Shown here: one piece after another, positions 56,601 through 64,000 of the stretch
How positions within the stretch are numbered: position 1 is the stretch's first letter
Layout: each line of letters opens with the position of its first letter
Assembly: GCA_016187025.1 (NCBI GenBank)
Contig: JACPKM010000001.1
Location: 245,688-309,687, forward strand
Direction of reading: 5' to 3'
Origin: Candidatus Daviesbacteria bacterium
Lineage (GTDB): Bacteria > Patescibacteriota > Microgenomatia > Daviesbacterales > UBA10151
DNA: 64,000 nucleotides
Translations under genes and position numbers: made by a program
The notes under the pieces: model-generated
The model's input: the letters and a program-made list of their open reading frames with translations, nothing else
Told to the model about the DNA's origin: nothing
The model's database searches: none

Positions 56601-57023
56601 GGTGGAAAAGCTCAGATGGGTGGTCAAAGATTGGGAGAGATGGAAGTTTGGGCTCTTGAGGCATATGGTGCAGCCCATATCCTGCAAGAGATGTTGACTA
56701 TTAAATCAGATGATGTGGTAGGAAGAGCTAAGGCTTTTGAGGCCATAGTTAAGGGTATTGATATTCCTCAAGCTTTAATACCTGAATCATTTAAGGTTTT
56801 GGTAAAAGAACTACAAGCATTAGGCTTGAATGTTGAGACTCTGGGGGCTAAAATTGTCCAAGCTCAAGTTGCAGAAGAAGAAACTCAAGCAGCAGAACAG
56901 GTAGCTCAGATGGAAAATATAATGCAAATGACTACATCAGCATCTGAGGGAGAAATTGAAGCTGAAGAAAGTCCATTTGAGTTAGTAGATGCAGGAGGAG
57001 CAGAAGAAAAGGAGGGAAGCTAA
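53658..57023 (+). CDS. rpoB: DNA-directed RNA polymerase beta subunit
   Basis: Full-length collinear match to RpoB conserved regions. Confidence 0.95.
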   Translation: MSIAADNIAIAPRKYWTKTTAPTPDINLIKLQLDSYSWFLHQGIIEVLNEITPVEDFTGKNWTLELGSISFGKPNYTPEQALNKGVTFDAPLKVETILTNKQTGKKYQQEVFMGDIPQMTEKGTFIINGVERVIINQLVRSPGVFFSATDDPITGRRLHSAEIRPYRGSWLEFSVSRTSVLTAKIDRRRKFAATTLLRALGFSSDEEIIAVFKDVDTAETKLIETTLAKDPTKTTDEALVEIFRKMRPGDPVVLDNAKTMLDGMFFNERRYNLTRVGRYKINKRLELDIPNTPESLILTKEDIITTLKYLIKLTNGEGKVDDIDHLANRRVRCAGELVQQNAFRIGVLRLERIIKERMSLAAVDQEVTPGGLINAKPVIAAVNEFFRSSQLSSILDQVNPLSEVDHLRRLSVMGAGGITRDRASFSVRDINHSQYGRIDPIRSPEGQNIGLVTYLALYARINEYGFLETPYRKVVLEKGKSRVTNDIIYLSADDEERFHITEAAVEVDEKGVIVSDRVPMRYMGNFFEGDAKDIELIDISPQQIFGISASIIPFLANDDANRALMGTQMQCQAVPLLIPQAPIVGTGMERVVADNMGRVVRAPEDGIVSSVDGKKLTLKTKKDEYKYEIKKFVHSPQGTCYSQRPVVAVGQKIKKGDLLIDGAATQNGELALGQNLTIAYMSYEGLGYEDAIVISDRLLREDLLTSIHIEEYEVDVVETKLGPEELTRDIPNVSEESLANLDDQGIIRIGAEVGPNDILVGKVQPKGETELTAEERLLRAIFGEKAKEVRDTSLRVPHGERGTVIGIQVLSRDEGDELDTGTLMRIKVKVAQLRKVTEGDKLAGRHGNKGVISRIVPIADMPHMEDGTPVDIIISPLSVLSRMNLGQLLETHWGFVGFKQGYKIAAPVFQKISEEALMDELKKAGLPTDGKIQLIDGRTGEKFDNTVVVGKNYILKLIHMVEEKIHARSTGPYSLVTQQPLGGKAQMGGQRLGEMEVWALEAYGAAHILQEMLTIKSDDVVGRAKAFEAIVKGIDIPQALIPESFKVLVKELQALGLNVETLGAKIVQAQVAEEETQAAEQVAQMENIMQMTTSASEGEIEAEESPFELVDAGGAEEKEGS

Positions 57024-57028
57024 AAAAC

Positions 57029-60000
57029 GTGAACGATTTACTGGATTTTGAATCATTAAGAATAACGATTGCCAGTCCTGAACAAATCAGGTCGTGGTCA
57101 TTTGGTGAGGTGACCAAACCAGAGACTATAAATTACAGGACTTTAAAAGCGGAAAAAGACGGTCTTTTTTCTGAAAATATCTTTGGTCCAACCAAAGATT
57201 ATGAATGTTATTGTGGAAAGTATAAAAGAATCAGATATCGCGGAGTAATTTGTGATAAGTGTGGAGTTGAGGTTACTCAATCAAAGGTTAGAAGAGAAAG
57301 AATGGGTCATATTACTTTGGCATCTCCTGTTGCGCATAGCTGGTTTGTTAAAGGTGCTCCTTCCAAGTTATCCCTTGTTTTGGATATTTCTCCAAAGAAT
57401 TTGGAAAGCGTTGTTTATTTTGCTTCCTACTTGGTAACCAATATTGACCCAACTAAAAAGAATGCAAGCTTGGAAAGAGTAGACCAGGACCTACAAAAGA
57501 AATTAGAGGAGCAAAAGGCTCAGCTAGAAAAAGATATCAGGCTAAAAGAAGCAGAGTTTGAAACTCAGATTAAAGAGTTGAGAAAGAGTAAAGAGGGTGA
57601 GAAAGTAGAGTTACAAATTCAGGAAATAGAGCTAAAGAAAAGACAAGAGATCCAAAAGATGAGAGATAACAATGTGGTAGAGCAAGGGCAGTTAGAGAAT
57701 ATTTATAAAGCAGTTGGGGATTTAACAAAAAGTGTTACTTCACACAAACTTTTATCAGAAGATGAGTTTTATAAATTAGAAGAATATGGTGTATCTGATT
57801 TTATGGAGGTTGGAATGGGGGCTGAGGCCATTTTAGAAGTGCTAAAAAAGATGGATCTTGATAAGCTTTCCGCCTCCTTACGGGAGGAAGTCAGAAAAAC
57901 AACTGGTCAAAAACATGTCAAAGCCACAAAAAGACTGCGAATTATTGAAGGCATGAGATCAGCTGGAATGGCACCAGAAAATATGGTAGTCCGAATATTA
58001 CCTGTTCTTCCCCCAGACCTTCGTCCAATGGTTCAGCTGCCTGGAGGAAGGTTTGCAACATCTGATTTAAATGACTTATACAGAAGGGTAATCAACAGAA
58101 ACAACAGGCTAAACAGGCTTATTAATTTAGGCGCCCCGGAAATTATTTTAAGAAATGAAAAAAGAATGCTTCAGGAGGCAGTTGATGCATTGATTGATAC
58201 CACTCAAAGATCAGCCAGGCGCGGTGCAGGCACTCATACTTTAAGATCATTATCGGATATGTTAAGAGGAAAACAAGGCCGCTTTAGGCAAAATCTACTG
58301 GGTAAAAGAGTGGACTATTCAGGTAGATCAGTTATTGTGGTGGGTCCAAAGCTAAGACTTGATCAGGTTGGTTTACCAAAAGAGATGGCTTTGGAAATGT
58401 TTAAGCCATTTGTTTTGCGCGATATGATCGCAAGAGGTTTGGCATCAAACGTAAAGGGGGCAAAAAATGTTTTAGAAACACGTCCGTCAGAAGTTTGGGA
58501 TATCTTAGAAGAAATTATTAATGGGCATCCAATACTGATAAACCGCGCCCCTACTCTTCACAGGCTTGGTATCCAAGCCTTCTTCCCAGTATTAGTAGAT
58601 GGCAATGCTATTAAGATTCACCCTTGTATCTGTGCTGGGTTTAATGCTGATTTTGATGGAGATCAGATGGCAATCCATGTGCCTTTATCAGAAAAAGCAC
58701 AACAAGAAGCAAGAGATTTAATGACTGCCAAGGAAAACATTTTTGGTCCTGCTAACGCCCAACCTATTACAGTTCCAAACAGAGAAATGGCACTTGGTTG
58801 TTATTACCTAACTACCTTAAAAGATTTAAGCAGTGAAAAAGAAGTTAAGATATTTACCGATGAAACAGAGGCAATTTTAGCATACCAAAAGGAAGTAATT
58901 GGTTTGCAGGAAAAAATTAAAGTAAGAATATTCTCTGAGATTTTGGAAACTTCAGTTGGGAGAATTTTATTCAATCAGATCTTACCTGAAGGGATGAGGT
59001 TTTTGAATGCACCAGTTAAGGGTGGAACTATAAGAGATATTATTTTGAAAGCAACAGAAACATTTAGTAGAGAAGAGGTGGTAGAGTTAATAGATAGTAT
59101 CAAGTCGCTGGGTTTTTGGTCTGCAACACGGGCTGGAATTTCAATTGGTTTGTTTGATGCAAAGGTTGTTCCAGATAAACAGGAATACTTAGACAAAGCT
59201 GAAAAAGAGATAGAGGAAATCGAAAAAAATGTTGCAAAGGGACTTATAACTCCTCAGGAAAAATCCCAATTATCGCAAATGGTTTGGATTAGAGCAACTG
59301 AGGATTTAGCAAATGCTACCTGGGATTATATGGGTCAAAGTAATCCCATTAGAATGATGGTTGAAGCAGGTGCCCGGGGGTCAAGAGATCAAGCAAAGCA
59401 GCTATCCGCTATGAGAGGACTTTCCACAGATCCTACAGGAAAAATCGTTGAGCTCCCTACAAAGTCAAATTACAGGCAAGGTTTATCTGTGTTTGAATAC
59501 TTTACCTCGGCCAGAGGTGCAAGAAAAGGTGTTGCTGATAAAGCTCTAAAAACTGCAGATGCTGGGTATTTGACCAGAAGACTTGTTGATGTGGCGCACG
59601 ATATGATTATTAGAACTGAAGATTGCGGAACCAAACAAGGATTAGAAATTATTATTGGGGGCAATCTTTCCTCTGCCAGGGAAAAACTTTTGGGCAGAAA
59701 AATTTTAGAAAAGGCAGTTGATCCAAAAACTAAAAAAGAACTTTTCAAAGCTGGTGAAATAGTGATTGAAGATCAGATTGAACAGCTGGTTAAAGCAGGG
59801 GTTGATAAGCTTATGGTTAGGTCTCCGCTTACTTGTGAGAATAAGTTTGGAATCTGTGCCAATTGTTATGGATATGATTTGACTACCAGGAGACTGGTGC
59901 AAATTGGTACTCCTGTGGGTGTGGTTGCTGCTCAAGCTATTGGTGAACCTGGTACACAGCTAACAATGAGAACTTTCCATACTGGAGGTATTGTCGGGGT

Positions 60001-60712
60001 TGATATTACCCAAGGTTTGCCCCGTGTAGAAGAACTTTTTGAAGCCAGAACTCCTAAGATTATTGCTCCAATGTCTGAAATTGCAGGTAAGGTATCGGTG
60101 ATTGAAGGAGACATGGGGGTTAAGGTGGTAATAAGAACAACTCAAAAGCCACATGAGGAAAGAGAGTATCTAATACCAGCCACCTCTGAGCTTTTGGTCG
60201 AGGATGGGCAACTAATTCCTGCAGGAACTATTCTTGCCTCAGGTCACTTGGATGTAAAGGATGTATTAAGGGTTAAAGGCTTGACTGAGGCTCAAAAATA
60301 TATTGTAAATGAAGTTAGAAAAGTTTATGAATCTCAGGGTGTACCAATTAACGAAAAGCACTTTGAGGTAATTGTGCGAAAAATGTCTGATAAGGTAAGA
60401 ATTGAATCTCAAGGTGATACAAATCTTCTTCCTGGAGAAGTTGTGGATAAGATTAAATTCGAAGATGAGAATATGAGAGTTTTGGCAAGCGGTGGAGAGC
60501 CATCAACAGCAGAAGTGGTTATTTTGGGTATTACCAGAGCAAGCCTCCAAACAGAGAGCTTTTTGTCAGCTGCTTCCTTCCAGGAAACAACTACAGTATT
60601 ATCTGATGCAGCTATCCAGGGAAAGACGGATAGGTTGTTAGGCCTTAAGGAAAATGTTATAATTGGCCGACTTATACCGACTAGTCCTGATAGGGCTAAA
60701 ATGGAGAGTTAA
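57029..60712 (+). CDS. rpoC: DNA-directed RNA polymerase beta' subunit
   Basis: Zn-finger CGKYKRIRYRGVICDKCGVEV, NADFDGDQM catalytic loop, bridge helix/trigger loop; GTG start. Confidence 0.95.
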   Translation: MNDLLDFESLRITIASPEQIRSWSFGEVTKPETINYRTLKAEKDGLFSENIFGPTKDYECYCGKYKRIRYRGVICDKCGVEVTQSKVRRERMGHITLASPVAHSWFVKGAPSKLSLVLDISPKNLESVVYFASYLVTNIDPTKKNASLERVDQDLQKKLEEQKAQLEKDIRLKEAEFETQIKELRKSKEGEKVELQIQEIELKKRQEIQKMRDNNVVEQGQLENIYKAVGDLTKSVTSHKLLSEDEFYKLEEYGVSDFMEVGMGAEAILEVLKKMDLDKLSASLREEVRKTTGQKHVKATKRLRIIEGMRSAGMAPENMVVRILPVLPPDLRPMVQLPGGRFATSDLNDLYRRVINRNNRLNRLINLGAPEIILRNEKRMLQEAVDALIDTTQRSARRGAGTHTLRSLSDMLRGKQGRFRQNLLGKRVDYSGRSVIVVGPKLRLDQVGLPKEMALEMFKPFVLRDMIARGLASNVKGAKNVLETRPSEVWDILEEIINGHPILINRAPTLHRLGIQAFFPVLVDGNAIKIHPCICAGFNADFDGDQMAIHVPLSEKAQQEARDLMTAKENIFGPANAQPITVPNREMALGCYYLTTLKDLSSEKEVKIFTDETEAILAYQKEVIGLQEKIKVRIFSEILETSVGRILFNQILPEGMRFLNAPVKGGTIRDIILKATETFSREEVVELIDSIKSLGFWSATRAGISIGLFDAKVVPDKQEYLDKAEKEIEEIEKNVAKGLITPQEKSQLSQMVWIRATEDLANATWDYMGQSNPIRMMVEAGARGSRDQAKQLSAMRGLSTDPTGKIVELPTKSNYRQGLSVFEYFTSARGARKGVADKALKTADAGYLTRRLVDVAHDMIIRTEDCGTKQGLEIIIGGNLSSAREKLLGRKILEKAVDPKTKKELFKAGEIVIEDQIEQLVKAGVDKLMVRSPLTCENKFGICANCYGYDLTTRRLVQIGTPVGVVAAQAIGEPGTQLTMRTFHTGGIVGVDITQGLPRVEELFEARTPKIIAPMSEIAGKVSVIEGDMGVKVVIRTTQKPHEEREYLIPATSELLVEDGQLIPAGTILASGHLDVKDVLRVKGLTEAQKYIVNEVRKVYESQGVPINEKHFEVIVRKMSDKVRIESQGDTNLLPGEVVDKIKFEDENMRVLASGGEPSTAEVVILGITRASLQTESFLSAASFQETTTVLSDAAIQGKTDRLLGLKENVIIGRLIPTSPDRAKMES

Positions 60713-60718
60713 AAAACA

Positions 60719-61165
60719 ATGCCTACAATCAATCAATTAGTTAGAAAGCCAAGAAAAAAAGTAGCAAAAAAAGTTAAAGCAACAGTTTTGCGGCGTAACT
60801 TTAACGCTAAAGATAGAAAATACTCAACAACTTTTAACCCACAAAAGCGAGGAGTGGTAACTTTAGTCAAAACCATGACTCCTAAAAAACCAAATTCAGC
60901 ACTACGAAAGGTGGCAAGAGTGAGATTATCTAATAGAACAGAGGTCACAGCCTATATCCAAGGTGAAGGTCATAACTTAGCAGAGCATGGAATCGTGATG
61001 GTTAGAGGTGGAAGAGTGAGAGACTTACCAGGTGTGAAATATCATTTAATTAGAGGAAAATATGACCTAGAAGGCGTGCAAAAGAGAAATCAAAGCAGGT
61101 CCATTTACGGAACCAAAAAAGGAGGAGGAGGAGCTGTTAAAAAGTCAGCACCAGCACCTAGTTAA
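60719..61165 (+). CDS. rpsL: 30S ribosomal protein S12 (with internal insertion and Gly/Lys-rich C-terminal extension)
   Basis: [10 protein letters not shown]...[16 protein letters not shown]...[29 protein letters not shown]; 148 aa versus the usual ~124. Confidence 0.9.
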   Translation: MPTINQLVRKPRKKVAKKVKATVLRRNFNAKDRKYSTTFNPQKRGVVTLVKTMTPKKPNSALRKVARVRLSNRTEVTAYIQGEGHNLAEHGIVMVRGGRVRDLPGVKYHLIRGKYDLEGVQKRNQSRSIYGTKKGGGGAVKKSAPAPS

Positions 61166-61168
61166 AAT

Positions 61169-61645
61169 ATGCGTGGTAAAAGAGTGGAAAAGAAAATATT
61201 ACAGCCAGATCCAATTTTTGGGTCAAGGCTGCTACACCGGTTTATCAATAAAATTATGTATGATGGCAAAAAATCAATTGCCCAAAACTTGGTTTATAAA
61301 GCTTTAGAGGAAATAAAAGAACAAACCAAACAAGATCCACTTAGTGTTTTCGAAAGAGCCATTCAAAATATCTCTCCTAGAATGGAGGTCCGTCCAAGAA
61401 GAGTGGGAGGGGCTTCCTACCAGGTGCCTGTTGAGGTAAGAGGAGATAGGAAAGAGGCCTTGGCTATCAGATGGTTGGTGACCTCAGCCAGAGCCAGGTT
61501 AAATTCTCAATACCACAGCTTTTCTCAAAAACTGGCTGCAGAGATTATGGATGCTGCAAATAATGCTGGTGGTGCGGTGAAGAAAAAAGAAGACGTTCAA
61601 AAAGTTGCATCTGCCAATAGGGCGTTTTCCCACTTTCGTTGGTAA
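61169..61645 (+). CDS. rpsG: 30S ribosomal protein S7
   Basis: PDPIFGS...MYDGKKSIAQNLVY...NAGGAVKKKEDVQKVA consensus. Confidence 0.9.
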   Translation: MRGKRVEKKILQPDPIFGSRLLHRFINKIMYDGKKSIAQNLVYKALEEIKEQTKQDPLSVFERAIQNISPRMEVRPRRVGGASYQVPVEVRGDRKEALAIRWLVTSARARLNSQYHSFSQKLAAEIMDAANNAGGAVKKKEDVQKVASANRAFSHFRW

Positions 61646-61737
61646 CGAAATGTGGTTTGCCGCCCTGCGATAGTTCCCCCGCTACGAGGGGTAGTTCTAT
61701 CTAATGGGCCTTTGCCCACTTCCGCTAGTAAATTTCC

Positions 61738-61746
61738 TGATATAAT
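61738..61746 (+). promoter_or_regulatory. extended -10 promoter element (TGaTATAAT) upstream of tsaC
   Basis: TG at 61738-61739, TATAAT at 61741-61746; no good -35. Confidence 0.3.
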
Positions 61747-61808
61747 CTTTTTGTGATTAAAGTAGTTTTGTTTGACATTGATGGGGTAGTGTAAGTCAAT
61801 GAAAGGCT

Positions 61809-62411
61809 ATGATCTATAAGCTCTCAGATTTGACTAAAGAAAAAATTGAGATAATTGGAAATTACCTAAAAGAAGGAAAAATAGGGGTAATTCCTACAGA
61901 TACTATATATGGAATTGTGGGAGCTGCATTTTTACAAGAAACTGTAGAAAGAATTTATGAGTTAAGAAAAAGGTCAAAAGATAAGCCAATGATTATTCTA
62001 ATATCATCTCTGGATGATTTAAAAAAGTTTGAAATTGTCCTCACTAAAAAGCAGAAAGAGTTTTTAGCAAAAAACTGGCCAAATCCTTTGAGTGTGGTTT
62101 TAGAATGTAAAAATGAAAAATATAAATATCTGCACAGAGGTAAAGATAGCCTGGCTTTTAGAGTGCCAAAAGATAAATTTTTACAACAAATTTTAAATAT
62201 CAGTGGTTCACTAGTTGCCCCAAGTGCAAATTTTGAAGGAGAAAAGCCTTCTGAAACCATCGCTGATGCTAAAAACTACTTTGGACAAAACGTCGGTTTA
62301 TATATTGATAAAGGTAAAATTACCTCTTCCTCATCCACATTAGTAATGGTTTTAGAAGATGGAGCTGTAAAAATATTGAGAGAAGGGGCGTTTAAAGGGT
62401 TTGCGAGTTGA
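61809..62411 (+). CDS. tsaC: L-threonylcarbamoyladenylate synthase (TsaC/YrdC/Sua5 family, single-domain)
   Basis: IGVIPTDTIYGIVGAAF N-terminal YrdC signature; 200 aa. Confidence 0.75.
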   Translation: MIYKLSDLTKEKIEIIGNYLKEGKIGVIPTDTIYGIVGAAFLQETVERIYELRKRSKDKPMIILISSLDDLKKFEIVLTKKQKEFLAKNWPNPLSVVLECKNEKYKYLHRGKDSLAFRVPKDKFLQQILNISGSLVAPSANFEGEKPSETIADAKNYFGQNVGLYIDKGKITSSSSTLVMVLEDGAVKILREGAFKGFAS

Positions 62412-62445
62412 CTTTTAGCCAAATTGATCTTATTATTTACAATTA

Positions 62446-62471
62446 GCCTCCGGATTCGAGGAGGTTTTTTT
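62446..62471 (+). terminator. intrinsic terminator after tsaC (GCCTCC-GGATTCGA-GGAGG + TTTTTTT); 3' stem doubles as SD-like GGAGG for the next ORF
   Basis: GC stem plus T7 run. Confidence 0.55.
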
Positions 62472-62476
62472 AATCT

Positions 62477-62710
62477 ATGATGATTACTACGGTAAAGGAA
62501 GAAAAGTTAAAAATGTGGAGAGCCAATTTAAAACAGCTTGAAGAAGAGCTGAATCAAATAATGACCAAAAAAGGAGAAGCTGCAAGAGAAGGAGATTTGA
62601 GAGAAAACGCTGCATATCAAATGGCAGTTGAAGATGCTGAGACGTGGAGAGTAAGGATTGAGGAAATTAAAAAGATTATTGAGAATCTAGAAAAGGAGAA
62701 ACAAAAATAA
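62477..62710 (+). CDS. GreA/GreB N-terminal coiled-coil domain-only protein (77 aa)
   Basis: [36 protein letters not shown] parallels E. coli GreA [31 protein letters not shown]; no C-terminal FKBP-like domain. Confidence 0.55.
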   Translation: MMITTVKEEKLKMWRANLKQLEEELNQIMTKKGEAAREGDLRENAAYQMAVEDAETWRVRIEEIKKIIENLEKEKQK

Positions 62711-64000
62711 TGGCTGCTATCACTAAAACAACCAATCGTAATTTTCCTCTAGACCGGATCCGCAACATGGGAATCATCGCTCATATTGATGCAGGGAAAA
62801 CTACCACCACAGAACGCATTCTTTTTTATACGGGGAGAACTTACAAAATTGGTGATATTGACGAAGGAAATACGGTTACAGATTGGATGGAGCAAGAAAG
62901 AGAAAGGGGTATTACTATTGTCTCTGCTGCCATCACCACCTTTTGGACTCCAAAGGAAGGTCCATACAAGGATCAAGAAACCAGGATTAACTTAATTGAT
63001 ACTCCAGGACATGTTGATTTTACAGCTGAGGTTGAAAGGTCTTTGCGTGTTTTGGATGGAGGAGTAATAGTTTTAGATTCATCCTCAGGTGTTCAATCGC
63101 AAACTGAAACTGTGTGGAGACAAGCAAATAAGTATAAAGTTCCTTTGGTAGCATTTGCAAATAAAATGGATGTTTTGGGAGCAGACTTTTTTGGAACAAT
63201 TCAATCTGCAAGAGACAGACTAGGAGCAAATGCAATTGCCCTAAATATTCCAATCGGGAAAGAAAATGACTTTAAGGGAGTCGTGGATTTACTTGGCCAA
63301 AAAGCGCTGATTTGGGAAGATGATGGGACTGGTGCAAAGTTTAATACTGTTGATATTCCGCAAGATTTGGTTGAAGAGGCCAAAACTCACCGCGAGAAAT
63401 TAGTTGAAGAAATTGCAGGAACCGATGATGCTTTAATGGAGAAATACCTAAATAGCGAAGATATCTCAGTAGAGGAGTTGAAAAAAGCACTCCGCCAAGC
63501 AGTGATTGATAATAAAATAGTTCCAGTACTGGCAGGTTCATCTTTAAGAAATAAAGGAGTGCAACCAATGCTTGATGCGGTTGTAGAATACCTTCCATCA
63601 CCTCAAGATATTGGTTCTGTTTTTGGACAAGATACAGACGATTTAGAACAGCAATTAGAAAGAAAAGCTGACCCATCTGCTCCGCTGTCTGCGCTGGCTT
63701 TTAAAGTCCAAGTAGATCCACACGTAGGAAAGCTGACCTATCTTAGAATTTATTCCGGAACTCTAAAAGGTGGAACGTATATTTATAATCCCACCAAAAG
63801 AACAAAAGAAAGAGTTGGAAGACTTCTATTAATGCATGCAAATGATAGAGAAGAGATTGATGAGGCCTATGCAGGAGAAATAGTAGCAGCAGTTGGACTC
63901 AAAGATACAATTACCGGAGATACCCTTTGTGATGAGGATTCCCCAATTGTACTGGAAAATATTTCCTTTCCTGATCCAGTGATATCTTTGGCAATCGAAC
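62710..64000 (+). CDS. fusA: elongation factor G, 3'-partial (runs off the window end; absent from the ORF track for lack of a stop)
   Basis: [42 protein letters not shown]..., [12 protein letters not shown]; frame open to nt 64000. Confidence 0.9.
   Translation, partial: MAAITKTTNRNFPLDRIRNMGIIAHIDAGKTTTTERILFYTGRTYKIGDIDEGNTVTDWMEQERERGITIVSAAITTFWTPKEGPYKDQETRINLIDTPGHVDFTAEVERSLRVLDGGVIVLDSSSGVQSQTETVWRQANKYKVPLVAFANKMDVLGADFFGTIQSARDRLGANAIALNIPIGKENDFKGVVDLLGQKALIWEDDGTGAKFNTVDIPQDLVEEAKTHREKLVEEIAGTDDALMEKYLNSEDISVEELKKALRQAVIDNKIVPVLAGSSLRNKGVQPMLDAVVEYLPSPQDIGSVFGQDTDDLEQQLERKADPSAPLSALAFKVQVDPHVGKLTYLRIYSGTLKGGTYIYNPTKRTKERVGRLLLMHANDREEIDEAYAGEIVAAVGLKDTITGDTLCDEDSPIVLENISFPDPVISLAIE

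Noticed and set aside
1-64000. rRNA genes, tRNA genes, CRISPR arrays and prophage or transposase genes.
   Set aside because: Every spacer longer than 80 nt was scanned for cloverleaf signatures, repeat-spacer periodicity and recombinase motifs. None was found.

Overview
The window is an AT-rich (~35% GC) bacterial chromosome segment whose gene content and architectures (short IF-2, AlaRS without C-Ala domain, S12 with insertions, many membrane-anchored secreted proteins) look like a reduced-genome, CPR/Patescibacteria-like organism. These are the main blocks, in order along the window:

- **1-8.3 kb, cell-envelope and repair genes:** M24 peptidase, FemAB, 3D/G5 protein and pcrA.
- **4.2-14.6 kb, accessory stretch:**
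  - three type II toxin-antitoxin pairs (mntA/hepT, brnTA, vapBC), a Fic protein with a C-terminal HTH, and a PIN-toxin gene remnant;
  - GC-rich (about 45-50%) presumably acquired genes: a Clp-N-domain protein and a CDP-alcohol-phosphatidyltransferase-like membrane protein;
  - two gene-fragment direct repeats, each bracketing a TA cassette.
- **14.7-25.8 kb, housekeeping genes:** trx, a Cys-less alkyltransferase-like protein, tpiA, LCP, murJ, lepA, ldcA, nadK.
- **17.8-20.2 kb, within that stretch:** a pilN-pilO-small TM protein-FN3/dockerin operon.
- **25.9-30.5 kb:** a CIRCE-controlled hrcA-grpE-dnaK-dnaJ operon with an internally deleted methyltransferase remnant.
- **32-43.5 kb:** nusA-infB, then rpsO-pnp-(Lon AAA+ module lacking the protease domain)-rnj-ftsK.
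- **47-53.5 kb:** alaS-(755-aa bitopic protein)-sortase-ruvX-mltG.
- **53.6-64 kb:** rpoB-rpoC-rpsL-rpsG, then tsaC and a 77-aa GreA-N-terminal-domain-only protein inserted before fusA, which runs off the window end.

No rRNA, tRNA, CRISPR array, integrase or transposase was recognised. The most unusual loci are the repeat-flanked GC-rich Clp_N/hairpin-RNA/brnTA segment, the protease-less Lon ATPase between PNPase and RNase J, the GreA-NTD mini-protein in the str operon, and the pilNO-dockerin operon.
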